Positions 24,863-38,942 of a stretch of DNA of 64,000 bases are shown here, piece after piece; the stretch's first letter is position 1, and each line of letters begins with the position of its first letter. The DNA comes from Lama guanicoe (taxonomy: Eukaryota). The translations under genes and the position numbers were made by a program. The notes beneath the pieces are model-generated. The model made no database searches. It was not told the origin of the DNA and saw only the letters and a program-made list of their open reading frames with translations. Location: assembly GCA_013239625.1 (NCBI GenBank), contig MU054323.1, forward strand, positions 10,261,186-10,325,185. The letters run 5' to 3'.

Positions 24863-27800
24863 CCCCAAAAGCCCACCCCAGAAGCCAGTGCTTTCTCTGA
24901 CCTCATCTTTTATGTAAACATCCTGCGTGGAGGGCACTGGCTGGGCTGAGCTCTTCCCTGGGCCCTCTCTCTCCTGTTTGACTCAGTGATGGCTAAGGCA
25001 ATTCCACCTCTGGTTCCTTTTCCTCTTGGCAATGGAGGGGGAAGCCAGGGAGGAACCCCTCTTGGGATCTAGAGTTAGCATTTCAGCCCTTCTCCTCTGA
25101 GCTCTTTTGTCCAGCTCTGGGCCCAGAAAAACTGGAAAAATATCCCTCTTTCCAGGATCACTGAAGCTTTGCTACAAAAGGCAAAGAGCTGAGTAGGCTC
25201 CAAGGGGATGCAGTTGCTCTGCCAGCAGAACTAGCAAGCCTGGGAGAAGGACGATAATTAAAGGCGGACTTCCCAAATAGCAAGTGCTTAATGCACCTGC
25301 ACTGATGGAGGGGCCTTTGTGTTCTGCTGGTCCTGGAGTTAAACGATCCTAATCAAGGTGTGCTGAGACCAGAGTTCTGGGACCATTTACTGTCTCCCAC
25401 TTACGTAAACTTTCACTGAAACAAACAGGACAAAACAACATGTTTCCTTAAGCCAGCCAGGAGAGAGAAAGGAAGTGGGTCCTCTCTGCTGCTAGGCATG
25501 GTGTGAAGGCATTTTGTCTGCAGCTTTGCCTTAATGTCAACCACCACATGGTGTTAGACTGGAGGTTTGTGAGGCGTGTCTGAGTCCATCAGAGTTGGGT
25601 GCTGCTGCACTCATTCTCCAGAGGGGCCCAGGGTCGGGAAGCTCTGAAGTAACACTGTTGATTCCTGGCTTTCTCAAAGGACACTGGATTCCTTTTAGAA
25701 AGGAGGATCAGTTCAGCATAATTTACAATGCAGCAGTCTTGGATGGAGACCTCACCATCCAAGGCAGAATAAAGTCAGAGCTGGAGAGTAGGGGGATCTG
25801 TCCTAATTCCAAATGTGATCAGAACTGGACACTGGAAAGGAACCCAAACCTCCCTTGTGCTGGGCTAGTGGTGGCGTCCTGTCGGCCTTCTGTGGAAAGA
25901 GAAGGTGGATGTAGCCAATCTGGATGTGGCAAGAGCTTCCCCCTAACTGTGGTCAGCAGCTGGCTGGTGTTTGGGGTTGTTCCTAATGGGCATGGGGTTA
26001 GAGTGGGAAGACTTTGGGGTGAGCTGGCTTGAGTGGGAACCCTGGCTCTGCAGCTGACTGGTGGGGCAGGTCACACAACCTTTCTGATTCTGTCTCCTCA
26101 GATCTAAAATGGGGAAAATAATGATAGCTCACGTAGCTCACTTTGTGTCAAGCACCGCTCTAAGCCTCTGACATGCATTCACTCGTGTGATCTGTTCATC
26201 AAACCTATGAGATGGAAACCCTAAGACTATAAGCGCCATTTTTTGGATGTGGGGAAACAAAGCCATGCCAAGGAGGAGTGGCTTAATGTAAGTGGCAGAG
26301 CTGACCGGTGATGTCTATCCTGGGGCACCTGGGGGGAGAGTCTGTAAGGATCACGTAAGAGGCACTGAGCGTGCGTAGTAGCTGTAGACGGTGTACAGAG
26401 GAAAGCAGGCAGTCTACAAATGGTGAACATTCACCCACGAAGCTCTGCTGCTTGTGAGCACTATGCCAGGGTGCAGGGCTTCCTATCCAGCTTTCAGTTC
26501 CACCTGTCACCATCACCAGGTCCCTGTGGAAGTGCTTTCTCTTCCTCAGCCACCGAGCAGGCCCTGGGCCTCGGTGTCGGCCATCTCCTGGGGATGCCGA
26601 CTGGCTCTCCAGCGTGCAAAGCCTGTTGCACCAGAGGGACTTGTTAACGTGAGTAATGCGGATCATGAATCACGAATTAGTTCCACGCCACCTCTCTTCC
26701 TGGAGCACAGCTGCGCTAGCTCCTGGGGAAGGGAGCCGCGCCCAAATGAAGAGTGACATCCTAACTGGGAGGGTGCCAAGCCTGGCACAGTGACTGGCGG
26801 CCCACGAGCCTTGTTAAGGCTGGTGCCTCGTGCGTCATCACTATACGCTGGCTATAAATAGGTGATAATCTAAAATTAGTGAGGAAAAGAGAACATACAG
26901 CACATGGTTAAACAGCAGGCCAGCTGAGCAGCGAAGTGGCCAGAGCTGGAACGGGTTAGGATGACATCCAGGCCCCATGCCTGCCCAGCTCTTAAAGAGG
27001 TGCTCCCCCAGATGGACGGGGGGTTCTGGGAAAGGCTACATAAGTGGGAAGTGCCAGAAGTGCCTTTCACGTGCACCCACGATGGCTGGGGCGCTGGAGG
27101 GATGCGGGTTAGCCACAGCTACCAGCTTTCTTACACGTGCAGGGGTACGCTGTGTGCCTGGTGCACTATTTTGAATATTACTGAAGATGGAGATGTGCTC
27201 TGTTTAAGCAAAAACTGACATTATAAACAGGGTTTTTCAGAGAAGAGAAATTCCTCTAGATGACCCATCAACAGTGGGATTCTTTTAAGGTTTCTTTATC
27301 ACAGCTTTGCCCTTTGGAATATGATCTGGCTTAGAAAACTTGATTCTTCATGTGATTTTAGAGAAACTTACTCTTTAGCCTTTTACACAGGGTGTATAAC
27401 TTAGGGCAAGTTACTCTGCCTCTGTGGGCCTCAAGTTCCTCATCTGTAACAGGGGGATAATACTCTAGTACAAGTGAGGGAACGCATACGAAACAGCCAG
27501 CATGGTTCCCAGCGCATGGCGATGCTCGGTGACTAGTGGTTATTACTGTTGTGTAAGGAGGAGATGCATGATACGAGGCCTTTGCTGTCTGAGACCTGAA
27601 AGCTCGAAATATGCTACATGGTCGGAACCGCCTCCACTCTGTCCCAAGGACCACACCCCTCTGGATGGAGGAGGTCGGGCTGCAGTCTGGGGTTCTTAAA
27701 CTCTGTTTCAAACCAGGCTTTCCTTGTGAGTTTGTTAAAAAGGCAGGTTTTGACCTCTCACTCCTAGATATTAAGATTCCACAGGTCTGCGGGGCCCAGG

Positions 27801-30800
27801 AATCTCCATTTTAACCAGCAGCACCTGTGGGTCCTCCCTCCCCCAGCCTAGTGACAAGAAGCAGATGACCTGAGGACACACTTGGAGAAAATCTTGGTGG
27901 CATCTAGGTTCCCGCCAGCTGATCTGCTCACTGCTGCATTCATGCAGCCCCAGATTCTGTCACCGGTTATTTCTGGGGAAAGCTGTTAACGGTGCCATGA
28001 ACCCAGGAGTCTACTCTGAGTTCCCCATGGAGCGAGTGGGCCTCCTCTCCTTACTTGTTCCCTGTCCTCCCAATGACTTTGGGGCCTTCTGCCTTCAAAA
28101 CTGTCACACAGTAAAGAGGCATGGCTAAAGGGGAACCCCAGCTTCCTCTCTGCCCTCAGCCTGGCATGGGGCTGTCTGCAGTGCTGACAGGTGGTAAGGA
28201 GACAGGAGTTTCTGGAACGGGACTAGGATACACTTAAGTCTTTAGGATCTGGGTGACCCTTCACTATCGGGGTGTGCTGCTGCAGGGAGCTTGACTGGGC
28301 CTGCAGGGCCTGCTTCTGATGGAAGCAAAGACCGCCAGCGAGTGAGATGACAGGTTCTGAGTGAGGGGAGTTGGGCCCTGCGAATCCTGCCTTCCAATAA
28401 TGCTGTCATCCCCAGAAGGGTGTACTTGGAACATAATGGCTCCAGCTACAAATTCTATTAACTCTAATAGTTGTTCTGTGGTGAATGGATAATGCATTTA
28501 GCAGAAATAGACCCAATCAATTTATGTGAAACACATAAAACTTTCTCATTGGAATTGGCATCTGCTCTTGAATCATAGGAGCATGTGTGGAAATGGGCAG
28601 TCTGTCCCCCTCACTTCTGGGCGCATTAGCAGTGCCATGGGTTAGTTAGAGAGATGGGCCCAGGAGAGCGCTGGCTCCCTTTAGCCCTTAGAACCATGGC
28701 GCTGGGGGTGGACGGGGAGAGACCTGGAGGCTGTCTACTTCAAACCTTGACCTTTAAAAGTAGCAGTTTTTTGGCCTTTGTCGGTGTTTGAGTTAGCCCC
28801 TCTCATATGAGCTCTGTTACTGCGGGTTTGCTGACATGCCCCAGACATCAGAGGAGGTCACAGAAGGCTGGGCAGAGGCGGGAGCCTCCCCAGGAACAAA
28901 GTTTGCAGGCCAGCCAGGGCTGTGCACAGGGGTTCTGACTCCTGGTCCAATGCTCTTCTCCACCCATTTGTAATTGTCCACTCCCCGACCCCAACCTTTG
29001 GCAAGAGACATATATTTAGAAAACAGTAAACCAATTGTCACCAACCAACCCCGAGGCAAGACTGTGGCTTGATGCCAGGGCTCTGTAAGTTACAGATACC
29101 TGTGGGTTGAGCTAATTCCCTCCTGCCCTCCTACACAACGTGTGAGCTTACAGGAGAAAGGGAGAGGGGTAAGAACGCTGAGGGCAGAGTCATTTGGCTC
29201 TGTGGGTCCTACCTGCCCTCACCTGGGCTTTTAGAGAGAGAGAGGTGGCAGAGGCCACATGCAGCTCTTCCTTGCTAATATTACTGCCCATTAGAGAGAG
29301 AGAGAGGGAGAAACTCTGCAGCCCGGTGATTGCATTATCCCAACCATTTGGTTAGTGTAATTGTATGTGCAAAACTGACAAATGTAATTTCCCCAGCCTT
29401 AATACTTGCCCCATTTTCTCTCTCCGTTTCTTCATCTGATTAGCTGAAGTGACTGAGGCTTCCAAGAATGCTCCGTGAAGCACCTGGACTGCTATTCCCT
29501 GCCTGGATGCTCCCGCGGCTCAGCTCTGCCTCGTGGGCTGGGGGTGGGGAAACCCCCAGACCCAGAGTGTCAGGCCCTCGTCAGAGGGGAGGGCTGGCTT
29601 GGGGGATGTGAGGAGTGTTTAGAAATGTGGAAGCTTGGTGAGTGATGGTTTTCAGAAGACCTCACGTGGCCTTTGCATTGCTAGGAGCTGCTCTAATGTC
29701 TGCCAGGAGAGATGAAATGCCACAAGCCACCTTTGTTCCAGCCCAGTAGAAACTGACAGCACTGAACTTTGGGGAGAAAATCTTATTATCCAGCCTCCCC
29801 CATCCTTTGTCAGGATGGCTGGGAGCTGGTCTGCTTACTGATCACGCAGGGGCTCTGGTCTGGGATGCTCTCCCAGCTCTTCCCCGTTGATAGCACGGAT
29901 CTCTGATAGAACTGGATACTCGAAGAAGCTCAATTGGCTGAGGAATGTACTTCGAGGCCCATCCTGGCCCCATTCCCCCACCAGCTGTGGGACACTTATG
30001 TTCTTCCACATCATCTCCCTGATCCCTGTAGTGCCAGTAACAGCCGCCAGCTCTGGGCCAGAGTTCCAGAGTGAGGACTAGAGGAGGACACGTGAGGATG
30101 TGAGACAGCCCAGCCCTGGTCAGACCTGCTTACCTATTGTTCCTTCTATTCCTTTCCCTCCGGCCCCAGTGCACCCTTCCTCTCCAGGGGGCCCTCCCAC
30201 GTAGCAGCTCTGAGTTGGGTTAAGCTTCATGATACAGGCCATGAGGTTCACAGGCTGCCCTCTTCCCATGGGCCGGAAGCTCCAGAACAGTGGGTACCGG
30301 TTCCCCTAGTCGCTGCTGTAGCTGCGCAGTCCCAGGCATGTGGGAGGCGCCAGGCAAGGGTAAGCCAGGTGATTTTTTCTGAATGGGTGTAGCCCTGACC
30401 TTGACCTCTCCATGAGCCTGCCTGGACCCCTCCTCCTCCAGGACCCTCCTCCGCAGGGCACTTCTCTCCCTGCAGGCACCTGGCTCTCCCTTAATTGGCT
30501 AATCTTTTGTCTCCTTATGCTCCCCTCTTCTAGACTGAGTTCTCTGAGCTCCTGACCTGAGCCAGGACCGCCCGCAGAGGAACTTGTGCAAGAACCGTGG
30601 GGGTCTGGATTAAAGCCGAGAGGGTGAGCCTCAGGCTGGACCCAGGGTGAGGCCTGTTCTCCCTGACCAGGAGGCTGAGTCCTGGCCAAGTGACACTTCT
30701 GGGGGCTTGGTCGACTTCATCCTGTGGGTGGTGGGGAAAGGAGGCCCTGCTCCCTCTCTCCCCATTAATCCTCCCGAATCTGCTCTGCGAGGAGTCTGCA

Positions 30801-32808
30801 GCAAGGTGGGGCTAACAGGTCCATCAGAAGGCGGGATGCCTCCTGCTGCAGGAACACAGCAGGGGAGGGGTGTTGGGAGCCCACCTCCGCTTATCCCTCA
30901 CCTCAGCAGCTCCCCGATGCGGCACTGGGCTCCTGGGAAAGCACTGGCTCTATTCGGGTCTCCCAAGCCTTCCCAAAGAGCCTAGTAAGGCTGCTTGGGG
31001 ATGTATTTGCCTCAGTGTCCTCTACCTTTTGAGTTGGGGTCACTCTGGAAGGGGGTCTGCAGACAAAACACTGACCCACAGCCACTTGCTGTCATCCCTG
31101 TTTCAAGGCTGGGGTCGGGCAGCAAAGGAAGCGTGGGTTTCAGCCACTGTCATCTCCAGCCTCTCAGGCAACCACTTGCTTCTGATTTTATTCGGAGGTG
31201 GTGGGGGAGCATCGCCGCTTTTGAGCCACTGTGAGATTTCATTAGTCCGGGTGGCCACTGGGCAGATCCTTACTGATCAGTCTTTTAGGGGCAGTGGGAG
31301 TTATCTGGCAATAAACCAGAGTCAGGCAAGGCAGATGACTGCCTCCTAAATGTTGGCTGCAGGGGAGCCGCTGCTGACATCTTAGGATTGAGCTCAAGCA
31401 TCAATCGCTCACCGGTCGATCAATACGTGTTTCTGGAGTCCCTGCTATGTAATCAGTGCTGGTGGTGAGACGGGGCGGGGCTTGCCACATGTTTGCTTGG
31501 CAAGACCTGCATTAATCACAGGGAGGCAGTGGTGGACCAACGGCTGGGCAGTGATGGAGGCAAGTCACCGGGCAGGGGGTGGAGAGGGGTGCTGGCAGAA
31601 GGCTGCCTCCCACATATTAGACATTTTTGTGAACCATGAGGCAGAGTGCGAAACAGAGATGACGGTTTAGGAGGCCAGGTTCCCCTTTGGGTGGAAAAAT
31701 GAGGTTCTAGTTCAAGGTGAAGGGAGGAAAGGGGAGAGATGATTAGAAAAGCAACCAAATTCTTTCCTCTGGTTTGGGAGCTGGATGAGATCAGGTAGGA
31801 CTTGGAAGGGATGAGAGTTAGTCCTGGGACAGCTTTTTAGGGGAGGGAAAAAGGATTTCTTCAAAGACAAAGCAAAGCTAATATTTACTTAGTAAGTTGA
31901 GGGTCAGTGAGTTCAGTGCAATGGTATAGCCTCTACTTTGTTTTGGTACTTTGCACTAAACAAAGATTTCATATTATAAGGAGAAATGAGAGATTTACCA
32001 CTTAGCTATTGTTGTTTTAATACAGAACTATCTTTTAGAGGAAAAAGAGTGTGAGTGGACCGTGTGCTGTACACCTGCTTCTGCGGTGACTCACACAGGA
32101 AGAAGCCTTGCATCCTCAGGCACCAGTATCACTTGGGGGAACCCCTGGGCCTGCTGCTGTTGGGCCTGGTGGCCTTCATCAGCTTCTCTGGGGCTCACAG
32201 ATCTAATAATCGCTGACGGACCTCATACTGGGTTTGGAGACTGATTCCAAGAGATTTTCTTCTGGCACATAGAGTAGCTGAGAAGTCACACCCATGGTTT
32301 AGGGTTAGAAGCTGAAGAGGCCTGTGTTTGGAGCAGCAAGGGCTCCCATGAGAAGCCTCTCAGCCCGGGAGATGCGGAACCGAACAGCTTTGGAGGGGAG
32401 CCAAGCTTTGAGGAAATGCATCGAACCTGAAGTCTTTAGGGTTTTATCCATGATGAGCTAGCCTGCCTGTGTGCAACAGATAACTTGGCCTTGGGCCCAA
32501 CCCTCTTAATGAGGAGAAGAAATCGATGGAAGGTTTGCTTTGTGCAGTAACTGGGGAGCAGTCAAAGAAAGGAGGGGACCGGCTTTGTCCTCGTGTTTGT
32601 GTTGGGGCCTGGGTATTCCCCAGGCACGAGAGACAGCTGCTCCTTTGCACAGCTTCCAGAAGCTCCATTTGCCCAGCAGTAAGACAACCAAACAGCTTCC
32701 TCTTGACGTCCAACAGCCAGGGTGTAGGTGACATTCTTTCTAAAGGTCAGCTATTTTATTCTTTAAGCACAGCTCCTCACCCCAATCACAGCACATATCT
32801 TCCTTTTA

Positions 32809-33015
<207 letters not shown>

Positions 33016-33091
33016 TTAAGTGAGGCTCAGTTTACAGCAGAGAGATGAGCTTCCCCCAGGGAGGGTGGATGAGACCGCTGGGCTTGGGTCA

Positions 33092-33262
<171 letters not shown>

Positions 33263-34189
33263 TCAAGAGGAGTGTGTGTGAGGAACAGTGTGGGTGGGTC
33301 AGGTCTTAGGATTCAGCATCCAGCATGATCCAGATGTGTGCTGACGACCTGGCCTGTGACTGTCATTTTTATCAGCCTCACCTCGTCACAGAGAACTGGC
33401 AAGAGTGGTGAAGTGAACATCTCCCCCACTGCTGCACAGAGCACCTCCCTTTCTGAGGGACTTCTCCGTAGGTTAGTAGAATAGGGAGCCTGGGACCTGA
33501 GAGCAGCCCCCTTGATACTCTGAGGAGACTCCTGTGCTCCCTGGAGTCTGGGTGTGCATGGTGTGCAGACGGGCAAGGCTTCACAGTTGAGGGTGCTGAG
33601 GTCTTATTAAAATACTGAGATGCTTCTGTGCCAGCTGATAAAGAGCCTCTGCCTGGCGTGTCCTCTGCTTGTTGGCTGCCTCAGGCAGCCTGGCTCTGTC
33701 CCTGGAGTCCCCCGAATTTTTTCATTATCTAGCAACCGAGAGGTTAAACCCTCAAAGTGTGGGTCTGAAGGATCCCGAGTTTTGTTCAATAGCTGTTGTG
33801 ACTGGGGTTGGTCTGTGCAGTGCCCGACTGATTGTTAACTAGCAAATGATTTGACTATGATCCTTGGGGGTGTCTGTAAGCAACACAGAGTGGGCCATAA
33901 ATGTTAACAGTGAATCCATGAGATATTGTTTCTTTCCATCTCTTTCATAGCCTTGGAGGGTCAGGTCCTGGGACTGTGGCCAGGGAAGGCTTTAGAGTGG
34001 GATAAACAGAAAATACCTTTGGTTCATTTGTTTCCTAGGAAGTCATCCTCCTGGAAAGCTGTCAGTCAACCAGCCCTGTCCTGCTGTGAAGTGAGTTTCC
34101 TGAGAACTGAAAAAATCTCTCTCACCTTTCAGAAAGTCAATCCAGAATGACCTGCCAAAGACTGTGCAGTCTCTGGGTGGATATTAAAA

Positions 34190-34640
34190 TATCAAGAGAG
34201 GAAACGCCTGCCCGTCCACGCATGTTACAGATAAACCACGCGTGAGACGGCCAACAATAGAATGCTGCTCTCTGATGAAAAAGAACGGGCTCCTTTGCAG
34301 GCTATAAAATGGATGGATCTCAAAAACATCATGCTAAGTTAAAGAAGCCAGGCAATAATTAAAACCTCATGAGTCCATTCACATACATTATCCCATTTAT
34401 ATGAAATGTATAGAATAGGCAAATTGATAGAGACTGAAAGCGGATTAGAGGTTGCCTAGGACTGGAAATGGGAACAGCATTGACAGTAAACCAGCACAAG
34501 AAAGATCTAGGGTGATGAAGATATTCTGAAATTGGATCATGGTGCTCTTGGCACAACTCTGTATGTTTGCTAAAAGTCACTGATGTGTACTCTTAAAACA
34601 GGTGAATTTATACTTTGTAAATCATAGCTTGAAAAAGCTG
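34190..34640 (+). mobile_element. Old LINE-1 3' end (L1MB-like)
   Basis: atggatggatctcaaaaacatcatgctaag, ccatttatatgaaatgt-agaataggcaaa, agagactgaaagcggattagaggttgcctagg and ggtgaatttatactttgtaaat. Confidence 0.8.
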
Positions 34641-35444
34641 GCAGAAAAAGGAGAGAGGGAACTAAGACAACAGAGTTGGCAGCATGGGGGAGCAAGAGCA
34701 GAAAACAGGAGGGTTGGCAGGTGTGCGAGACTGACAGGGTGGAGAAGGCAGGGCAGAGAGGTCCATGGAAACACAGGAAATGGAACGTTAGCAGAGGGAG
34801 GAAAGGCACATGGGAGAGAAACAAGGAGAAAATGTTCGCTAACACTGTGCAGCGAAGACAGCAAAGCTTTACGGTCAGCGAGTGAACTGCCACAGGGGCT
34901 GGAAGCCTGCGAGCAGGTGACCTCAGATCAACACGCAGAAGGGCTAGATACCGGTGTGGTTACTCCTGGCCTGCGAAGAATCCCTGCCTCCTGCGGTGGA
35001 AAGACTTGAAATTAAACGTCAACTTTTATCTAAATAGGAGGTTAGTGATTGGTTATTCTTAACTGAATTACTTGGTAAATCCATCTATGCCTTCACTTGT
35101 CTCGTGAAATCTGGTCAACCACAAATAATCCTTCTTGTTTGAAAGTCACAATTAGAGGGCCCACATATGGCTCAATTTTAAAGAGGAAACACCTGGATCT
35201 GCTGTACTCATGGCCAACCCCACTGGTGCCCTCAGGCCACATTCCCATGATGGGGTCTACCTGCCCTGCCTCAGGCTAGACCAGCAAGGAGGGCTGGTGG
35301 TTGGCTGGGTATGGAAGGAAGAGTGCCCAGAGGAGAATCCCCAAATCCTGTTCTAGGACACCTGAGCACGCTGGGTGACGGTGCATGGGGGAAGCGTAGC
35401 ACAAGAACCCACCAGACTTGTCCGGCCAGATCTTGGCACCTATC

Positions 35445-35530
35445 GTGAGTGTGTGAGTGTGTATGTGTGTGTGTGAGTGTGTATGTGTGTGTGTGCGTGT
35501 GCGTGTGAGAGTGTGTGTGTTTGAGTGTGA
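35445..35530. repeat. Compound (TG)n microsatellite
   Basis: Interrupted TG/TA/CG/AG dinucleotide array of about 85 bp. Confidence 0.9.
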
Positions 35531-38500
35531 GTATGAGGAGGTAAAGATGGTGAGAGACCCATATGTCTTGCACACCTGCACTGGGTTTCCTCCACGAGTC
35601 TTGGCAAGGTCACAGCTATGGTTTCCCTGAATCTCCACGGAGGACATGGTCCACAGATGACTCCCAACTGGAGCCTGTGTAACCTCAGACAAGCCAGGGC
35701 TAGGGTTTCCAGGTGGCAAACCAGTGCCCTAATATTGCTTGTTCTCTTTACAGCAGTTGCCAGGGTTAGGGAGATTTGCAGCAAGAAAACAGGCACTTGG
35801 CGCTACTTGGAGAGGGTGCCGAGAAAGAATCATGTACCCTGGTGGAGCATCAGGGAGGCAGAGTGCACAGCAGTGGGTAGGGGGCCCTGTGCCTATCTTT
35901 CCAGTTCTCCACTCCGGGTCATCATCTCCTAGTCCGTCCTCTACAGGCCAAGGGCCCAGGCCAGGCACTGACCTCAAAGCTGAGCTGCATCCTGGGAGTA
36001 CCCCCTGGGGAGGCCTGGCATGCCTGAGCGAGCACACTACATGTGTGTGCCTGTTGAGCATGGGGAGGGAGCTGAAATCTCTGTTTTCCCCTGAACAAGC
36101 CCTTCCCCTAAATGCACGTCTCCCCTCCCCTCTCTGCTCTCCCTGGCCCCGCCTCCCCCGCCACCTTCCTCTTTTACTACTTAGAGATTAGAGCTGCAAA
36201 GTTCTCAGCCAGCCACTGGGCCCCTTAGTATGGATGGCATGATGCAAGCTGGAGCTGGAATGGTTTCTAAATAGAAGTTTTTTAAGTGCTCTGCGAGGCA
36301 ACGGCAGTGGCAGCTGCTATTGAAGAGAGTTTGACTGACACTGGGAATTGCACATATTTTGAGTCAGGAACACTCATAAGAATCAGGGAAGACTCAATCA
36401 GATGTCAAATCAGATGTAAACATGCGACGCTGCCTCTGTCCATCCAGGAGGCCACACTGCCAATCCTTCCCCAAATGCTCCAGACTCTGGAGGCTGCAGG
36501 GAAGGGACAGGTGGGACAAAGGTGGGCCATGCAGGGAAGTGGGGAGGGCAGGGTGAAGCAGAGACAGTCTGGGAATGCAGTCTGGGGATGGTGGATGATG
36601 GGGCAGGGAGGGGACAACACAATCAATCTAGGAGCTGCTTTTCTGTGCGGGTACCAGCTAAGAGACCAGGTGGCCACAGGGCCACCCAGATTCAGGCTTC
36701 TTTACTTTGGACGGTACCTGGTTGTGTGTCTTTGCCTGAACCTCAGGTGAAGAGTTTGCTCTTGGCTCTGCTCGCCCTCTCCTCACTGGAGGTGGGTGAG
36801 ACTTCATCATGGCTCTGAGTCCGGATCCAACTACTCTTTGCTGTTGAGTCCTCTAAAAGTACAGATACCAAGCCACTGTCCAGAGTCAGCCACGGCCTCA
36901 GGTCTCGGGTTTTAGCACATACCAGGCAGAACACTGGATCTGAGGGCAAGTTCTAACACGCATACCAGATGGACTGCTCTGTGTCTGAGAGAAAGCATTA
37001 CTACCAGGATCGCGGGGGCCTGGTGGTTTGAGCGAGCACACAGATTACTCCATGGCCCCTGCTCAAAGCCTTAGCTCTGTGTGGGGAAGGAAGGAAGCCT
37101 TGTTCTCCTGCTCCGCGGCAGCCTGGTCAGGAGGAGGAGGGAAGAGCCCGCTCGCCGGGGCTCGTCCAGCTCCCTTGCTGAGCTGTGCCATTTCAGAGCA
37201 CAACAGCTGAGCGCCCCTCTGTCCAGCCCCCAGCAGCGGGGGTTTCACTCCCTGCCCCTCCCCAGTTCACACCTGCTCAGCTCTTTCTGTTTCTCTAAAA
37301 AAGACACCTTTGATTGCAGGGGTGGTTGTTACTTCTTCCCTTTTTTCTAGCCAGTGGGGTTTGGAGCTTGTTAGAACAGACTTGGCTGGAGATCTTGGTT
37401 GGAGCCTGGTTTTGCATAAAGAATGCACCCCTGACTCCGTCTTGCTCAGCTTTACAGAGAGGTCTGTTGAAAGCCTGCCCAGGGGGATTCTGGGAGGTGG
37501 CCACTGGGGCAGTGGGCCAGGTTTAGAGGGGCAGCCTTGGAATTGGGGGCCTCCTAGTCTCATGGGGCAAATCTCTGCCTGGGAGATGCTGATGCAGGTC
37601 ACGCACAGCTCAGAAAATACACAATCTCATTCAGGCAACAGACTGGTAATGGCCAGTGAATATAATGCCTTATTTGCCGCCCTGCCAGCCTCAGGGACTG
37701 ACGAACCTAATTAAGTTCACTTAATGACTTTAAGTAGCTGACAGAAGGGTGTGCGTCTGAATGTGGACTGAGGGAATAGGAATGCTCTGGAGAGAAAGAA
37801 GAAACGGGTAAAAGGCATTCAGTGGATGGGCACCACGTCTTGGATTCCTCTGACCATTTAGTGGGCTCGGAAGGAGGGAGTGTTCCACTTCCCTTTTTGC
37901 AGCTGGGGCCTGTCTGGGCTCTGGCTGCTTAGGATAGGGCTGGCAGACACCGCTGAGGAAAGAAAGCTTTCTCCAATTTCTCACTGTGCAGAAGTCTTCT
38001 AAAAGGGCCTGTCACAAAGCTCGGGCTGCCGTGTGCATTTCTATTAGAACAACGTACGTGATGACAAAGCCCTGCTGCACCCATCCTTCCCTCCGTGTAA
38101 CTGACTGCCGTTTCCGGTGGAAGAGGGGGGCTGATGGCCGGCTCTGGGTGACCAGGACCGGCCCTCACCAGGATCAGTGTGGCAGGGCTGGGCATGTGCG
38201 CCCTGATGCTAAGAGTCTTTGGCTCTGGCACAGTAAAGTGGGGGTGGGCTGGACGGTCAAGGCCAGACTCATCAGTTGGGAGCACTCGCATCTCCCCATC
38301 AGTCCCACTTGCAGAAACAATTGACCATCTCCTGACTTAGTGTCTCTGGGCATAGTGACCAGGAACAATAAGGGGAAGTCAAAACAGTGATTCCAGGGCT
38401 GCCAAAGGCCATAGAGATCTTTCCCAGTGAACCTGGCTTCCATGAGGGAGCCCTTTGGTATGGAATAGGGGAGAAAATGGATTTTCAGTCCAGCCGAGCA

Positions 38501-38870
38501 GGCAAGCAGACTCACTCAGACTCTTCAACATTCTCAGTGCCAGGCTTCCAGACACAGGCTGTCTCTGCTCACTGTGGAAACTGACACTTAAAGATCTGAC
38601 TCCCACACTTGCTCCAGCAAGCCAGCCGTTGGACAGTCTTGCTGCCACATGATGTTCCGGCAGACTGCAGAGCAGGAAGAAGCCCTTCTCTAGCAAGTTC
38701 CCATTTTGCTCTTGCATCCTCTCATTCTGTGTTCGGAATACTGAGCTCTCCCTGAGCCCCAGGCTCTCGTGGGGGAAGGTGAAAGGTGGAGCCTGCTTCC
38801 TGAAGCCCTGGCCCACAGGCTTGAGTGTATCAAGTGCCCCAGGGGAGCTGAAGTAATGCAGTTTCCCCAG

Positions 38871-38942
38871 GGAGAGGGGGAGAGAGAAAGGGAGAGAGGG
38901 AGAGAGACAGAGAGAGAGAGGCAGATAGAGAGAGAGATAGAT
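38871..38942. repeat. (GA)n-rich polypurine tract
   Basis: ggagagggggagagagaaagggagagagggagagagacagagagagagaggcagatagagagagagatag. Confidence 0.9.
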
